From Octopus vulgaris (lineage: Eukaryota): a DNA stretch of 64,000 nucleotides. The stretch is taken from NCBI GenBank assembly GCA_951406725.2, contig OX597814.1:56048001-56112000 (forward strand), read 5' to 3'. Position numbers and translations under genes: made by a program. The notes beneath the pieces were generated by a model, which worked only from the letters and a program-made list of their open reading frames with translations, was not told the DNA's origin and made no database searches. Shown here one piece after another: positions 24,829-37,603 of the stretch. Every line of letters begins with the position of its first letter. Positions within the stretch are counted from its first letter, which is position 1.

Positions 24829-26257
24829 GTAAATATTAAGATTTCAATTTCAAATTCTAATTGCTGCAAACCTCGTTTGTTTGCTGATAGATTTTCTCTC
24901 TTACTTTCTTTTATTAACACAGGAACAGTTTTCATTGAAAAAGATTTTAATTTACCATTCATGACACAATTTAGAAAATCAAATCCAATTTTCATCATTA
25001 GTCTTAGAATGTCTGTTGTTTATCAGATCATTATTATTGTCTCAGTTTCAGTTACGACAGGAACATTAACTTGTAAGGTGTAATCAGGTTGGATGTAGGC
25101 CAAGACAAATATGGTTTCAAACTGATAAATTAACAGAGAGTATGTGAGAAAAGAAAGACAAATAAATGTTTTCAGTCAGTAAGAAACAAAATCTATAAGC
25201 ACATCTCTCTAGTATTTTCATTCAAGACTAAATAAACATTTTCTTAGTCTGTTGTAATTGACTGATCAATTAAGATTATAACTCGTAGAAGTGACACTAT
25301 GGCTTTGATAATAAATACAGTTGATAATGTCCTTTTCCCTTTCAGTTAATGATTTAATTAAATTCTTCTCACTTACAGTCAATTTCTCCTACATTGTCAG
25401 CATTAAAGCAATGTGCAAGACCAACTTTAAATTTGTTAAGAGATCTTGTGTGGTTTATGATTATCACTAGATATTAGAGCAATGCTATTTGTTAACTGAA
25501 GTGTCTTAATTGAATGTCTTTTTTTTTTTTCCTATGAAATCCATTGTATAAGCAGTAGAAGAAATTTCATTAATTTACTATTTGTATATTTTTTTGTGCT
25601 CTCTGATAATATTGTAACGCATTATATTATCTAATATCATTACACATTTCAAAATGTTCAATTTTTCATTTTTTTCTGTGGCATATTAAAAATTATTGAA
25701 ATAGAAAAAATATATAGACTATAATAATGAACACACATAAAATCTTCTTTACATATCTATAATAGGATGACCAACACATACACACATGTGTATGAGTGTG
25801 TCTGGACAGACACACACACACACACACACACACACAAGTATATATATATATATATATGTTTGTGTGTGTGTATGTGTGTACATACACACAAACGTATTTT
25901 AAAAATTTTTACGTGTTTCATTCATTGGACTGTTGGGACAATGCCTTGAGGGATTTTTGGTGGACAAATCAACCTCGGTGCTTATTATTATTATAAAGGC
26001 AGATACTTATTCTATTGGGTATCTTTTGCTGAACCACTAAGTCACAGGGGTGTAAACAAACCAACACCGATTGTCAAGCAGTGGTGGTGGACAAACACAA
26101 ACATACATACACATACATATATACATATGTGATGGACATCTTTCACTTTCCATCTACCGAATCCACTCACATGGCACTTATAGCACAAGGTGTCACGCAG
26201 TGAGTCTGAACTTGCAACAATGTGTTGGGAAGCAAAATTCTTACCACACTGCATATA

Positions 26258-27473
26258 CGAGGGGCGTTCAATAAGTAATGCCCCTGACCCACTTCCCATT
26301 GCAGTAGAGCAATGAAACTTGGCACAGTTATTAGTCTTTTTCTACATAGGAACCACCCAGAGTTACGCATTTCTCCCATCATTTGATGCAGCTCTGGAGA
26401 CCGTTTTTGTAGAAGACCCCAGCTTGGTCCTCCAACCACGACGTGACTTCAGAAATCAAGGGTGCATCATCTGGGAAACGCTTTCCTTTCAAAAATAACT
26501 TCATGGCTGGGAAGAGGTGAAAATCAGAAGTTGCAAGGTCAGGAGAGTAGGGGGATGGGGGAGGAGTTCATAGCCGCACGCCTGTGCTTCTGATCTGGCG
26601 ACAAGCGAGTTGTGGACCGGAGCATTGTCCTGCAGGAGGAGGATACCTTTGCTGATCTTGCCCCGCCTCTTGATTTTGATAGCTTCTCTTAATTTCCTCA
26701 AAAATGAAGCATAATAGGCTCCTGTAATTGTGGTACCCTTTGCCAGGAAATCTGTATCACTACTCCGTCCTGGTCCCAGAAGACTGTGAGCATGACCTTG
26801 CCAGCGGAGGGCTGCACCCTTGCCTCCTTTGGAGGAGGTGAGTCACGGTGCTTCCACTGCATTGACTGGGCTTTGGTCTCTGGATCATAGTGATGGACCC
26901 AGGTTTCATCCTGTGTAATCAGACTTTTGAAAAATTTTGACTCATCTTCTTGGCACATCTCCAAATTCATCCTCGAGCACTCGACACGTTCTTGCTTCTG
27001 GAAAGGTGTGAGCAACCTGGCAATCCATCTGGCAGACACCTTTTGCATATGCAAATGGTCATGAATGATAGTGTCCTCAGACCCGGTACTAATCTTGACC
27101 TCATGGGCTATTTGGCGAATAGTTATGCGTCGATCTTCCAAAATGGCAGCCTCAACTTGACGTACAGATGCCTCATCAATGGCAGAAGTGGGGCGACCAG
27201 ATCTGGGAGCTGTTTCCACAGAGTTCCGACCATGTTTGAATTCACGTGGTGTGCGTCCTTTCAAATACAAAAACCGGATCACTACTCGACACTCAACTGG
27301 CTCCATTTCACACTTGACTCAGTTCAAACACCTGTAATTCAGAAACCACAATTAGTTCAGAGCTGTAATTTGCCACTTAATCTATAGAGATATAAATAAT
27401 TGCACATGCAAAATTTCAGCTAGATCAAACAACTGCAAGTGGGTCAGGGGCATTACTTATTGAACACCCCTCG
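26258..27473 (-). mobile_element. Mariner transposon (irritans-like) with both TIRs and an inactivated transposase
   Basis: 37-bp TIRs CGAGGGG(C/T)GTTCAATAAGTAATGCCCCTGACCCACTT with one mismatch, TA TSD on both sides; motifs ITQDETWV, GKVMLTVFWD, LLQDNAPVH, YSPDLATSDF split by frameshifts. Confidence 0.95.
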
Positions 27474-27576
27474 TATGTATATAGATATATATTATGGATC
27501 TGAACCTAAAAATTTCTTTCCCAAGATATAGGCTGAGGATTATTTTGTAGGTAGAAGAGCAGTTGTAGCCCATGTT

Positions 27577-28499
27577 TGCAAATCACTGCCTGAAGTATTC
27601 AATGGTGATAGTTAAAAATCAGTACTGTTAATGTCAATCTAGTACAGCAATCATTTTGCAGTAAATTATTATGAAGTTCTGTATCAGATATATGACCATA
27701 AATAACATCTCTGTTTTCATATCCTGTATATCTTACAGAAATTATATGTTTACAACATGTAAACCAAATACTGTATTACCCATTTTTAAAAGTGAAAATA
27801 TGCATGTTTACAGATCTGTTCTCTACTACAGGGAAAGAAATTTACGTGACTAGAGCAAAATATTTCACATATTTTAACACTGATGTTGGTCAAAGGAAAG
27901 GGGAAAATGCCTATACAGCTTGGCTTCAGTATCATTGTAAGGAGTGCTGTCAGAGCACAAAAAGTCAAATCAGATGATTCAATGCATCACATGTAATGTC
28001 CTAGCAATTTCATCAATCTACTGTCCTGAACTGCTACTAAAGTTGAAATTAGTGGGGTTTTAACACATCATAATCATCAGCATCATCATTATTGTTTCAA
28101 CATCCACTTTTCCTTGTTTGCATTACTTGGACAGAATTTGTTAAGGTGGATTTTCTATGGCTGGATGCCCTTCCTGTCACCAGCCCTCACCTGTTTCCAA
28201 GCTAGGTAATATTTTCCCACGAGATATTTTTTCATGGAAGTTTGGAAACACAGGACATTGCTTGTATGATTGCTAACACTTGCTTATAATTATCATGCAA
28301 AGTCAAGGTAAAGAGACAGTAAAACAAATACACAAACATACATACATGTGCGCACACACAAACACACATATGTACATACATATGGAAAACACGAATAATG
28401 GAGTGGAATGTAATTTTGAGGACCGTATGAGTTGCAGTGACTTAGACTGGTGATTAAAAAGTGTGATTAAAAAGTATTTGCCTATATTTTTAATTTTGT

Positions 28500-28551
<52 letters not shown>

Positions 28552-29043
28552 CCCCCCACACACACACACACCCACACACACACACACACAAAAGCATCTT
28601 TCAGTTTCTGTCTCCCAAATCAGTGCACAAACCATTGGTCAGTGTAGGGATATCATGGAAGACACTTGCTCGAGGTGCTGTGCAGTGGAATGAACCCAAA
28701 TCTATGTGGTTAAAAAGCAATCTTCTTTCCTCACAATTTTGCTAAATCACTGCCTGAAGTATACAATGGTGATAGTTAAAAATCAGTACTGTTAATGTCA
28801 ATCTAGTACAGCAACCATTTTACAGTAAATCATTATGAAGTTCTGTATCAGATATATGACCATAAATAACATCTCTGTTTTCATATCCTGTATATCTTAC
28901 AGAAATCATATGTTTACAACATGTAAACCAAATACTGTATTACCCATTTTTAAAAGTGAAAATATGCATGTTTACAGATCTGTTCTCTACTACAGAGAAA
29001 GAAATTTACGTGACTAGAGCAAAATATTTCATATATTTTAACA
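27577..29043. repeat. ~300-bp direct duplication (27577-27879 and 28740-29043) separated by ~860 bp
   Basis: Offset 1164 bp; about seven substitutions by eye; near-identical short ORFs at 27671 and 28835. Confidence 0.95.
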
Positions 29044-29582
29044 TATAAATAAAGGAGGGTTAACAGTACAACCATAGTGGTCTATAGTTACTATTAAACA
29101 AGTGCTGTAGAAACATCTGCTGAGTTGGTGACTTGATTTCATATCTGGTTAATGTTATTTCCTTTTATATCACTAATGATCTTGGTGGAAAAGCATTAAT
29201 GTTACGCATCCATTTTCTTTACTGTCAAAGACATTGACCTCAATAACTTCTTGAGAAATGGTTCATCAGTTTTGAAAAAAGTTGAAATGAAGTGATTGGC
29301 ATTAAAGGGTAGCATTAAAAGTGGGTAGTGATCTGATAGGAAAATAGTGCCCATCTTTTGAAGTACTGTTTGATGTTAGTGGAAATGTCTGACAACAAGG
29401 AGTTTTGTCTAACGTTTTTTTGTTTTTGTTTCAATCATTGAACTATGGGCATATTGGGGCTCCTTGAAGAGTTTAGTCAGATAAATCAACCCCAGTACTT
29501 ATCTTTTGGCCACACTGCTAAGCTATGAAGGTATAAACAAACTAGCATTGGTTGTAAAGTAAAGAGAGAGAGAGAGAGAGAG

Positions 29583-29615
<33 letters not shown>

Positions 29616-29929
29616 CACAGAGAGAGAGAGGGAGAGAGAGAGGCTTCTTTCAGTTTTTGGCTATTATCAGATCTTCTCACAAGGCTTTGTTTGGTCTGGG
29701 GTTGTAGTAGAAAACACCCAAGGTGGGTTTGAACCTGGAACCATGTGGTTGAGAAGAAAACTTTCTAACACACAGCCATGTCTGCACCTATTATAGAATG
29801 ATGTCTAGAATTAGGAATTGTCTAGCATTAAAGATGGTGTCTAGTAGTGATGTCTAATACTTGGAGAAGTCTAACGTTAGGTATCTTGGCAAGGAAATAT
29901 ATATATATATATAGGGCGGGTAAAATTCC

Positions 29930-30190
29930 TGAGATCCATGGTTGAGTTCTCTGTAACAGTCCTTGTCCCTCACCATCACTACCATGTCCTGTGTCTCCCA
30001 GAGACCAGTGTCTGTCCTTAGGACATCAACATATCTCATCCTCAGTCTCCCTCTTCTAGTGTGTCAATGTAGGGACTCCCACAGCATTCTCATGTAGCAC
30101 CCAACCACCATCTGAGTGAGATTCTTGTGTTCAAGTCTCAGACCTGTACAACAGCACAGACTCCATTGCAGCAATGAAGAGACCGATCTT
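29930..30190 (-). mobile_element. Decayed RTE-type LINE 3' coding fragment
   Basis: RRGRLRMRYVDVLRTDTGL resembles RTE ORF C-termini; a similar remnant lies near 51170-51390(+). Confidence 0.5.
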
Positions 30191-32220
30191 CAGTTCTTTA
30201 TGAAGGGCTGAAAATAAATGAGATTAAGATGAGGTATCTGGTAGAGAACATTAAGAAACCAGAGAAGATTATGAATGTAGGTGGGAAGCCACTAGAGTTG
30301 GTTGAGGATTCCTGTATCTGGGAGCAAAGATTGGGAATATAAAAGGAAATATAGTTGAGAGGAAGAGCAAATCCTGGATGGCATGCCACAGTTGTGATCT
30401 GTATGGAAATTATATATATATATATATATATAGTAAATATTAGTCATATGATATAGTATATATTTAAACACATGAGGAATCCACTCATAGGAATTCAACA
30501 CGCTAGAAAGAACAGCTAGGTTCTATAACCTATAGATACACTATATTGTATGACTAATATATAGTCTTTTGGACTAAATTTTTACACGTTAGACCACTGG
30601 AAATGTAAATTTTAATTAATTTCCATTTCCTTTTGATATGATTAAATATATATAGTAAATATATATTTACTGTTTACTTATTTTACAAATATAATACTTG
30701 AGTTACAGAGAGTAGCATTTGATTGAATTTATCTCCTCTCTGTTATATCTATCAAGCCATCTCCACTACAAAGTGTTCATGTCTTCCACTAATATAAGTA
30801 CAGGCATGACTGTGTGGTTAAGAAGGTCACTTTGCAACTGTGTGGCTTCGTGTTCAGTTCTGCTGCACAGCCCCTTGGGCAAGTGTCTCCTATTATAACC
30901 TCTAATCAACCAATACGTCGTTAGTGAATTCGGAAGGTGAAATTGTATGGAGGCCTGTCACATATGTATATATGGCTATGTGTGTGTGTTTGTATATAAT
31001 ATATATATATATATATAGGTGTGTGTGTATATAGATGAGTATGCATCTTAGCCTTTGTGTTCATTCCTTACCTCTGCTTTACAACGACTATTGTTTTGCT
31101 TATGTCCAGGTAAGTTAGCAGTTCAGTAAAAGAGACCAAAGGAGTAATTGCCAGACTTGAAAATAAGTACTGGTATCAATTTTTTCAACTAAACCCTTCA
31201 AGGTAGTGCCTCAACATGGCCACAGTCCAGTGACTGAATCAAGTAAAAGATAAAAAATAACTCCTGTACATATAAAGTATCAGAAATCTTGTTTTTCTAT
31301 AGGTTGTATAATATTGACTTCTAAGATGGGTTCAAATACATACAACAGAGTGGTCTCTGCTAAAGGCCCTTGACAACCTGATAGCGGTGTTAAGCCAGGA
31401 GACTGATTGAGTCTACCAGCCTAGAATAGGAACAGTCAATCCAACAGGCTTCCAGGGAGTTTCCGTCTACAAGACTTAGTACACAAGGATTTGGTTGACC
31501 AGAGGTTATGGTAGAGTGTCTGACATGTTGTGTAGTAGGATTGAATTTGAAACCTTCCACAGAGCCATACCTGTGTGCCTATGTATAAATACACTTCCAT
31601 CTATATATATAATCATCATCATTTAGTGTCCATTTTCCATGCTGGCATGGGTAAGAGGGTTTGACTAGAGCTGGTAAGCTGGAGAGCTGTACCAGTCTCC
31701 AGTCTGTTTTGGCTTCATTTCTATGGTTGAATGCCCTTCCTAATACCAATCACTGCACAGAGTATACTAGGTGTCTTTTATGTGTCACCAGCACAGGTGC
31801 CATGTATACACATGTACAAGTATATATACACATACATACATTGATGACAAGAGGATGAAAAACAAAGTTGACCATGTCAAGATTTAAACAACAAATGTAA
31901 AAGTATGTAACTAAATACTACAGAACCTCTTACAATCTACTGATGCTCTGACATTCCACCTCTTGTTATGTTTAACATTGTGCATAGTTATAATAAGATT
32001 TACTGTCTATGATGCTGAAGCTTTATGTCCTCAGGCATTTGATAGCCCCAACCATATTCTCTGTGTAGTATTTATTTTTCTTTCTTTTCCATACAGCATC
32101 AAGTTCTTCTTTCCTGAAAGTGATTGAATAGATCTGGAAATTCTGTTTATATTAGTTATTTTGTTTTATTTATTTATAGTCTGTTGTAGTTTGTAAACAA
32201 GAATATCATGGTTACATAGA

Positions 32221-32257
<37 letters not shown>

Positions 32258-35017
32258 AATAAGTTGCTTACTGGGAGAGTAGCGATGTAGAATCTGTACA
32301 TCAGTGCAAAGATTTACTGGTATTCACACCCAACACTGTCATCATTGTGTAAATTAGAAAAAACTATAAACACACACAGACACACACATTATACAAGCTT
32401 TTATATAGTTCCTGCCTTCTAGGCTCCACTTATACGTTATCATTAGGTCTTAGATTTCTATGAAACTGCTTTATGTATTCTTTTCCATATTTCTATCACC
32501 CCTTATGACAGCTCATCAAAAATAAGTGAATGGATCCCTCTGCTAGTTTCAACAATGAATATATCCTTAATTCAGTCTACAGAAATGCCTACTGATTGTA
32601 TTAGTCAGTGCTCTCTTAAGGCATGGGCACAGTGGGCATTTGTCTGAGGACCATCTTGGGCCTAGGGGCCCAATTCTGATCTGTATATGCTGGATTTGTT
32701 ATCAATAAATAAATACTATAAGGTCCAGTGCATTGATTTGCTTGGGGCAGGGTGGGGGTCAATAATGCTCTAAGATGGCCTTGGTATTAGTATGTATGTG
32801 ACTGTATAATTCTATTAACATGTATACCCTTAAAGTAATCCTTAGGTGGGATCTGCATGACACTGTGTATGACAAAGCTCATACTGATTTATGGACACAA
32901 CTCATCTGCTGCACTTCCACACAATTTCTGTCCACCCACTTCCATTCATATAAGGCTTGTGTTGACATGAGACTCTGTTGAAAGGTGCCCTAAGTTGCCG
33001 TGCTGCAGAATTGAACTTGGGATTTTATGATTGCAATGGGTATCTCCTTAACCATTCAGCCATTCTTGCATCTCTATGTGGCAATACACACATACACATG
33101 TGCATGCACACATGCATGTGCGCGCACACACACACACACACATTCACACACACATATCCCCCCTCCCCATTTACACCTTTTCTGTCCCCGGTTATATTTT
33201 GATTAATGTTTTTTTTCCTTTTTCATGTTCATGCAAACATTTATCTCCATGGATTATATTTGGTTTATAATTCTCTAAGGGAATCAGAAAGCCATTGCAT
33301 GCAACCACATGATGTGATGAATACATCTGGGACTTCACCAACAAAGCAAAATACAAATATTTTTATTTCAAATCCGTTACAGTATAATCTTTTATTATAT
33401 TGTTCTGGAATACCAAAATACATCCTATGGAAACATGATTGTTTTTCTATTATATTTTATACTTCTTAGAATTATAATGAAAAAATTATATTTTTCTGTT
33501 TAGAAATTGGTCATAAATCAAAACTTATTTTATTGTTTTGCATTTTTTTGTTCAAAGTGTACCTGATAGCTAATAAGAGAAAACGTCATATTACTGCAGA
33601 TACTGAAATTATAAAAATCTTAAATATATTAAAGATATTTAAAAGAATATTAAAAAGAAAATCACTGACTTTACTATCATAAAATTTAAATTTATGTTGG
33701 CTTATAGTGCTATGGTGCTACCCATGCTTGAACCCCTGTATGACAGACACCTTAATCCTCATGTGGCATACTTTAATGTTTGTGTTAACAGACACTACAG
33801 TTCCTTATATAGATATTAGACAGCAATAAAATTTATTTAATCAGTTTTATGCCCCATTTTATGTAATGTAATGGGAAGCAGATGGATTTGGTATTAATCA
33901 AAAGTTTGAATCTTGGAATTGAGCTCAGTAGTTCTCCATGCCATCAAATACTTATGGAAGTTATCCTTATCACTGCCAGCACCATCATCATCATCACAAT
34001 CTTCACTGTCATCATCACCATCACCATCATCATCGTCATCAGTATCATTTAGTTACTATTTCTGTTATCCATCCCAGCATTCGTTGGATAAATTCTAAAG
34101 CTAATGTGTTTTCATATATCTTTAGTCTACACCATATCATCTATGATCATAAAGTAAGTAATTTCATTCTTTCGACTATTTTTAGGTTTTATATCTTCTG
34201 CTACCAACTTTTGTATACACGGTGAGCTGGCAGAATCATTAGCATGCTGGCAAAATGCTTAGCAGCATTTCATCCATCTATATGTTCTGAGTTCAAATTC
34301 TGCTGAGGTCAACTTTGCCTTTCAACCTTTTGGGGTCAGTAAAATAAGTACCAGTTGAGTGCTGGGGTCTTTGTAATTGACTTGCCCCCCCCCCCCCCAA
34401 ATGATTGATATCACATGTCCATATTAACAACATATTTGTTTGATGTTCAATAAAGCTCACTTGCCATAGACATCTTTACATACTTCTTATCATATAACTG
34501 AGCTTTGTATGGTGCCATTTAGAACAAGGGACTCCCTAAATCATTATTCTCAGGTGCCCAACCTCATTGTACTTTGAAATCCAGTTCAAGAACAATAAGA
34601 ATCATCCGAAGAATGTTAACTGGTGATAGCTAGTTCTGATATCATTGTTATGTGGGTTTATGCAAGAATGTATCACCTGAAATGTAATGAGACAAAATGG
34701 GACTAAACCAGGGGTTTGGATTTGTGACTGAGGTCAAATAACTAGTTGATGTGTTTGGAAAATTGCTTGTTACTTGTGCTTTGCAGAATGTTTTGGGTTG
34801 TAGACGTAAGCAGGCATTTACTTTTTACTCCCTAAGAGAAATAAAAAAGGATACAACTCAATAATGAAAGAATGTAGGATTACTGACAATGAATAGACTG
34901 AATAATAACAACAGAGTGCTGAGATTGACTTTAACAAAATCCATAGATAGGAGTCAGTGTTCTTAATATCACATACTAATCCTACTAATCCTTGTCTTAC
35001 AAATACCTATAATTCTT

Positions 35018-35171
35018 CATTGTTTACATTATTTACATTTGATGGATATTTGTCCTCATCTTGTTTGTTGTTAACACAACATATCAGCTGATATACCTTC
35101 CAGCCTTCATCAGGGGAAATTTTGAACCTGGGTTCTCATTCCTAAGGTATTTTTTGATGTTATTATCATCA

Positions 35172-35213
<42 letters not shown>

Positions 35214-35291
35214 TCACTGCCTGGAATTGAACTTGGAATCTTGGGGTTAGTAGCCCATGCTCTTAACCACTACACCATATGCCCATGGGCA
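35018..35291 (-). mobile_element. tRNA-headed short element with an (AAT)n linker and a Penelope-type hammerhead motif
   Basis: Head TGGTGTAGTGGTTAAGAGC (A box) ... AGTTCAATTCC (B box); hammerhead-like CTGATGA-A-GGCTG(10 nt)CAGCT-GATA-TG-TT-GTGT at 35113-35074; 10-bp direct repeat TATAATTCTT at 35008-35017 and 35292-35301. Confidence 0.75.
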
Positions 35292-35449
35292 TATAATTCT
35301 TGTTTTATAGATTCTTTAAACCCTACTACAAAACAGATGTATACAAAATGTGATGTAGGTAGATAGAAGGGAAGCAATAGTACAAAAGACTTTTATTATT
35401 GTTGAAATAATTAAAAAAAAGGTATATAAGATCTTTTCCAAGCCATAGC

Positions 35450-35668
35450 CTCTTAAGACGGGTTTCTTGGATTTTGTGCCTTATACATTCATCCCTCTAG
35501 ATGGGACACCAGTCTTTGCAGTGTTACTCTTTTTGCCAGTTGAGTGAACTGGGGCAACATGAAATGAAATGTTTTGCTCAAAAACACAATGCAACACCCA
35601 GTTCAGGAATTGAAACCACAATCATAAAATCATGAGTGCAGAATCTTAACCACTAAGTCACAAGCATC
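35450..35668 (-). mobile_element. tRNA-derived SINE, family D
   Basis: Minus-strand TAGTGGTTAAGATTCTGCACTCATGAT...GGTTTCAATTCC head; related copies near 50830-51068(-) and 50350-50530(+). Confidence 0.7.
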
Positions 35669-36918
35669 CAGTTAAGGTAATTAATCATCATTGTCATTAT
35701 CATCATTTTAATATCCACTTTTCCCTGCTCACAGGGAAAAGTGGACAGAATTTGTTGAGGCAGATTTTCTACTGTCAGCTGTTCCTGTCATCAACCCTAT
35801 GGGCCTGGGTACAGGGGGTGCAAAATCAAAATTTGCACCCCTACTTTTCTCAGGTTTAGAGTACAGTGAATAAAAAGTGATCTGTGACAAGTAGCTTGAA
35901 GCTAGGTTTCTTCTCAAAGAAGAAAAATAAATTTGAAAAAGAAAACAATTAGATCTTGTGTGTAAAAATTTTTGGACCTGGGTTTGCACCCGCTAAACAA
36001 ATTTTGTTCCCGAGCCAGTGCCTTCACCTCTTTCAAAGTAAGGTAATATTTCTCTATGAGCCGACATACATGTTTCCACTGAAGATTGGAAACTTGTTTA
36101 CAACTATCATGTTAATTCAAGGCAAGAAAACAGTAACACACGTGCATACAAGCATAAATGCATGCATATGCACTCACACACACACACATACATGCATGCA
36201 CACATGTTTTGTTCAATTCTTGTCTACTAAATCCACTGTCCACCAACAAGGCTTTGGTCAGCCTGGTACTACAGAGGAAGACATTTGCCCCATGTGGTTG
36301 GGAAATACAATCATCACACAGCCACCTTTGCACCTAACATAAAAAAAAATTTTAATATTAAAAAAATACAGAGATGTGTGTACCTTGATAAAGTTAACAA
36401 TTTATCTAAGAACACCCATAAATGCTTTCTGATTCTACTGAATATGGAGAAGTTTTATAATCCTATGATTATTAATGTGAGTTGACCTCATCGGTCAAAA
36501 GATTATTTTAATTAAGGAATAAACCATAAAATATTGGTAATAAGAACAGCTATAAAAATATAACATAATGAAGTAGAAAATAACTAAGGAAGTAAAATAT
36601 ACAGAAAAAATTCTTTAAGTGATGGAAATAAATATTTTCAATGAGGCAAGTGACCGGGTGGTAAATAAGCGGTAAATAAAGAAATACTGGCTATGGTGAG
36701 AATACTGTTAGCCCAACAAATTCTTTCGTAAGAGGTTTATCGTAACAGTAGTTCACTTGGATTATATTTTTCTTAAACAAAAAAAAAAATGAGAGAGACA
36801 AAAAACTTCTTTTCACACACAAACAAATGTACATATATATATGCACACACTTATACACACAAATAGATGCATATATCCACATACACACATAACCATAAAC
36901 ACTCATACATACTCAAGT

Positions 36919-36962
<44 letters not shown>

Positions 36963-37421
36963 TGCATGAATGCACTACATAAATAGAGACTGTGCTAAAG
37001 TATTTTTTCTTTAAATATTAGAAAATATAAATGAATAAATAAATAAATAAAAAACAAGTTGAAGATAAAATTCAGTGTTATGAATGAATAGGATCTAAAC
37101 TTTTGGATCTCAGTTCATCCAATCAGATTCTTCTGTTGTTACCTCTTTTTTTTTTATAAATGTCATATGCACCATGATGTAATGACAGTAGCGTTACAAA
37201 ACAGAATGTTGTTATAGTATTTTATTTAAAACAAACATCTATTCAAACACCAACAGGGGATTGACTGCACAATTTAGAATTTTTCAAGAAAATATCCTGC
37301 ATTTAATGTTGATACTGAAAACTGTTGCAGTTGTGCAAAAAATTATTGATTTTTATAAGATAGTAGTATTATTATCAATAATCTTAAGTATGAAAAAAAA
37401 AACCAACACACTTATTCTTAC

Positions 37422-37603
37422 CTTTGCATAGCTGAATCATCGGGGTCCAAAAGAGATTCTACAAATGATTTTGTACTGTGTAGCCTAGCCATAAACTGTC
37501 GATGCTTACTACTGTGGTTACTGTTGTTCATCGCCTCTTCCTCTTTGTCTTCTTCTGAATGGCAGCTTTCCTTCATGCTGCCTGAAGTTTCAGTTACCAT
37601 CAT
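37422..37603 (-). CDS. Coding exon of an unidentified minus-strand gene lying in the FAM20B intron; exon probably 37422-37734
   Basis: Non-repetitive 60-codon ORF (MMVTETSGSMKES...SFVESLLDPDDSAMQ) ending at a consensus phase-2 donor AAG|GTAAGA; pyrimidine-rich acceptor TTTTTTACTCTTTTGTTTAG| at 37735; higher GC than the flanks. Confidence 0.7.

Noticed and set aside
27792-27977. TDVGQRKG as FAM20B's next exon (DVGYKGTQ-like)
   Set aside because: Similarity limited to DVG; surrounding residues do not match and it straddles a duplication boundary.
27577-29043. LTR retrotransposon / TRIM
   Set aside because: TG...CA ends are present, but there is no TSD, primer-binding site or polypurine tract, and the interior is old repeat debris.
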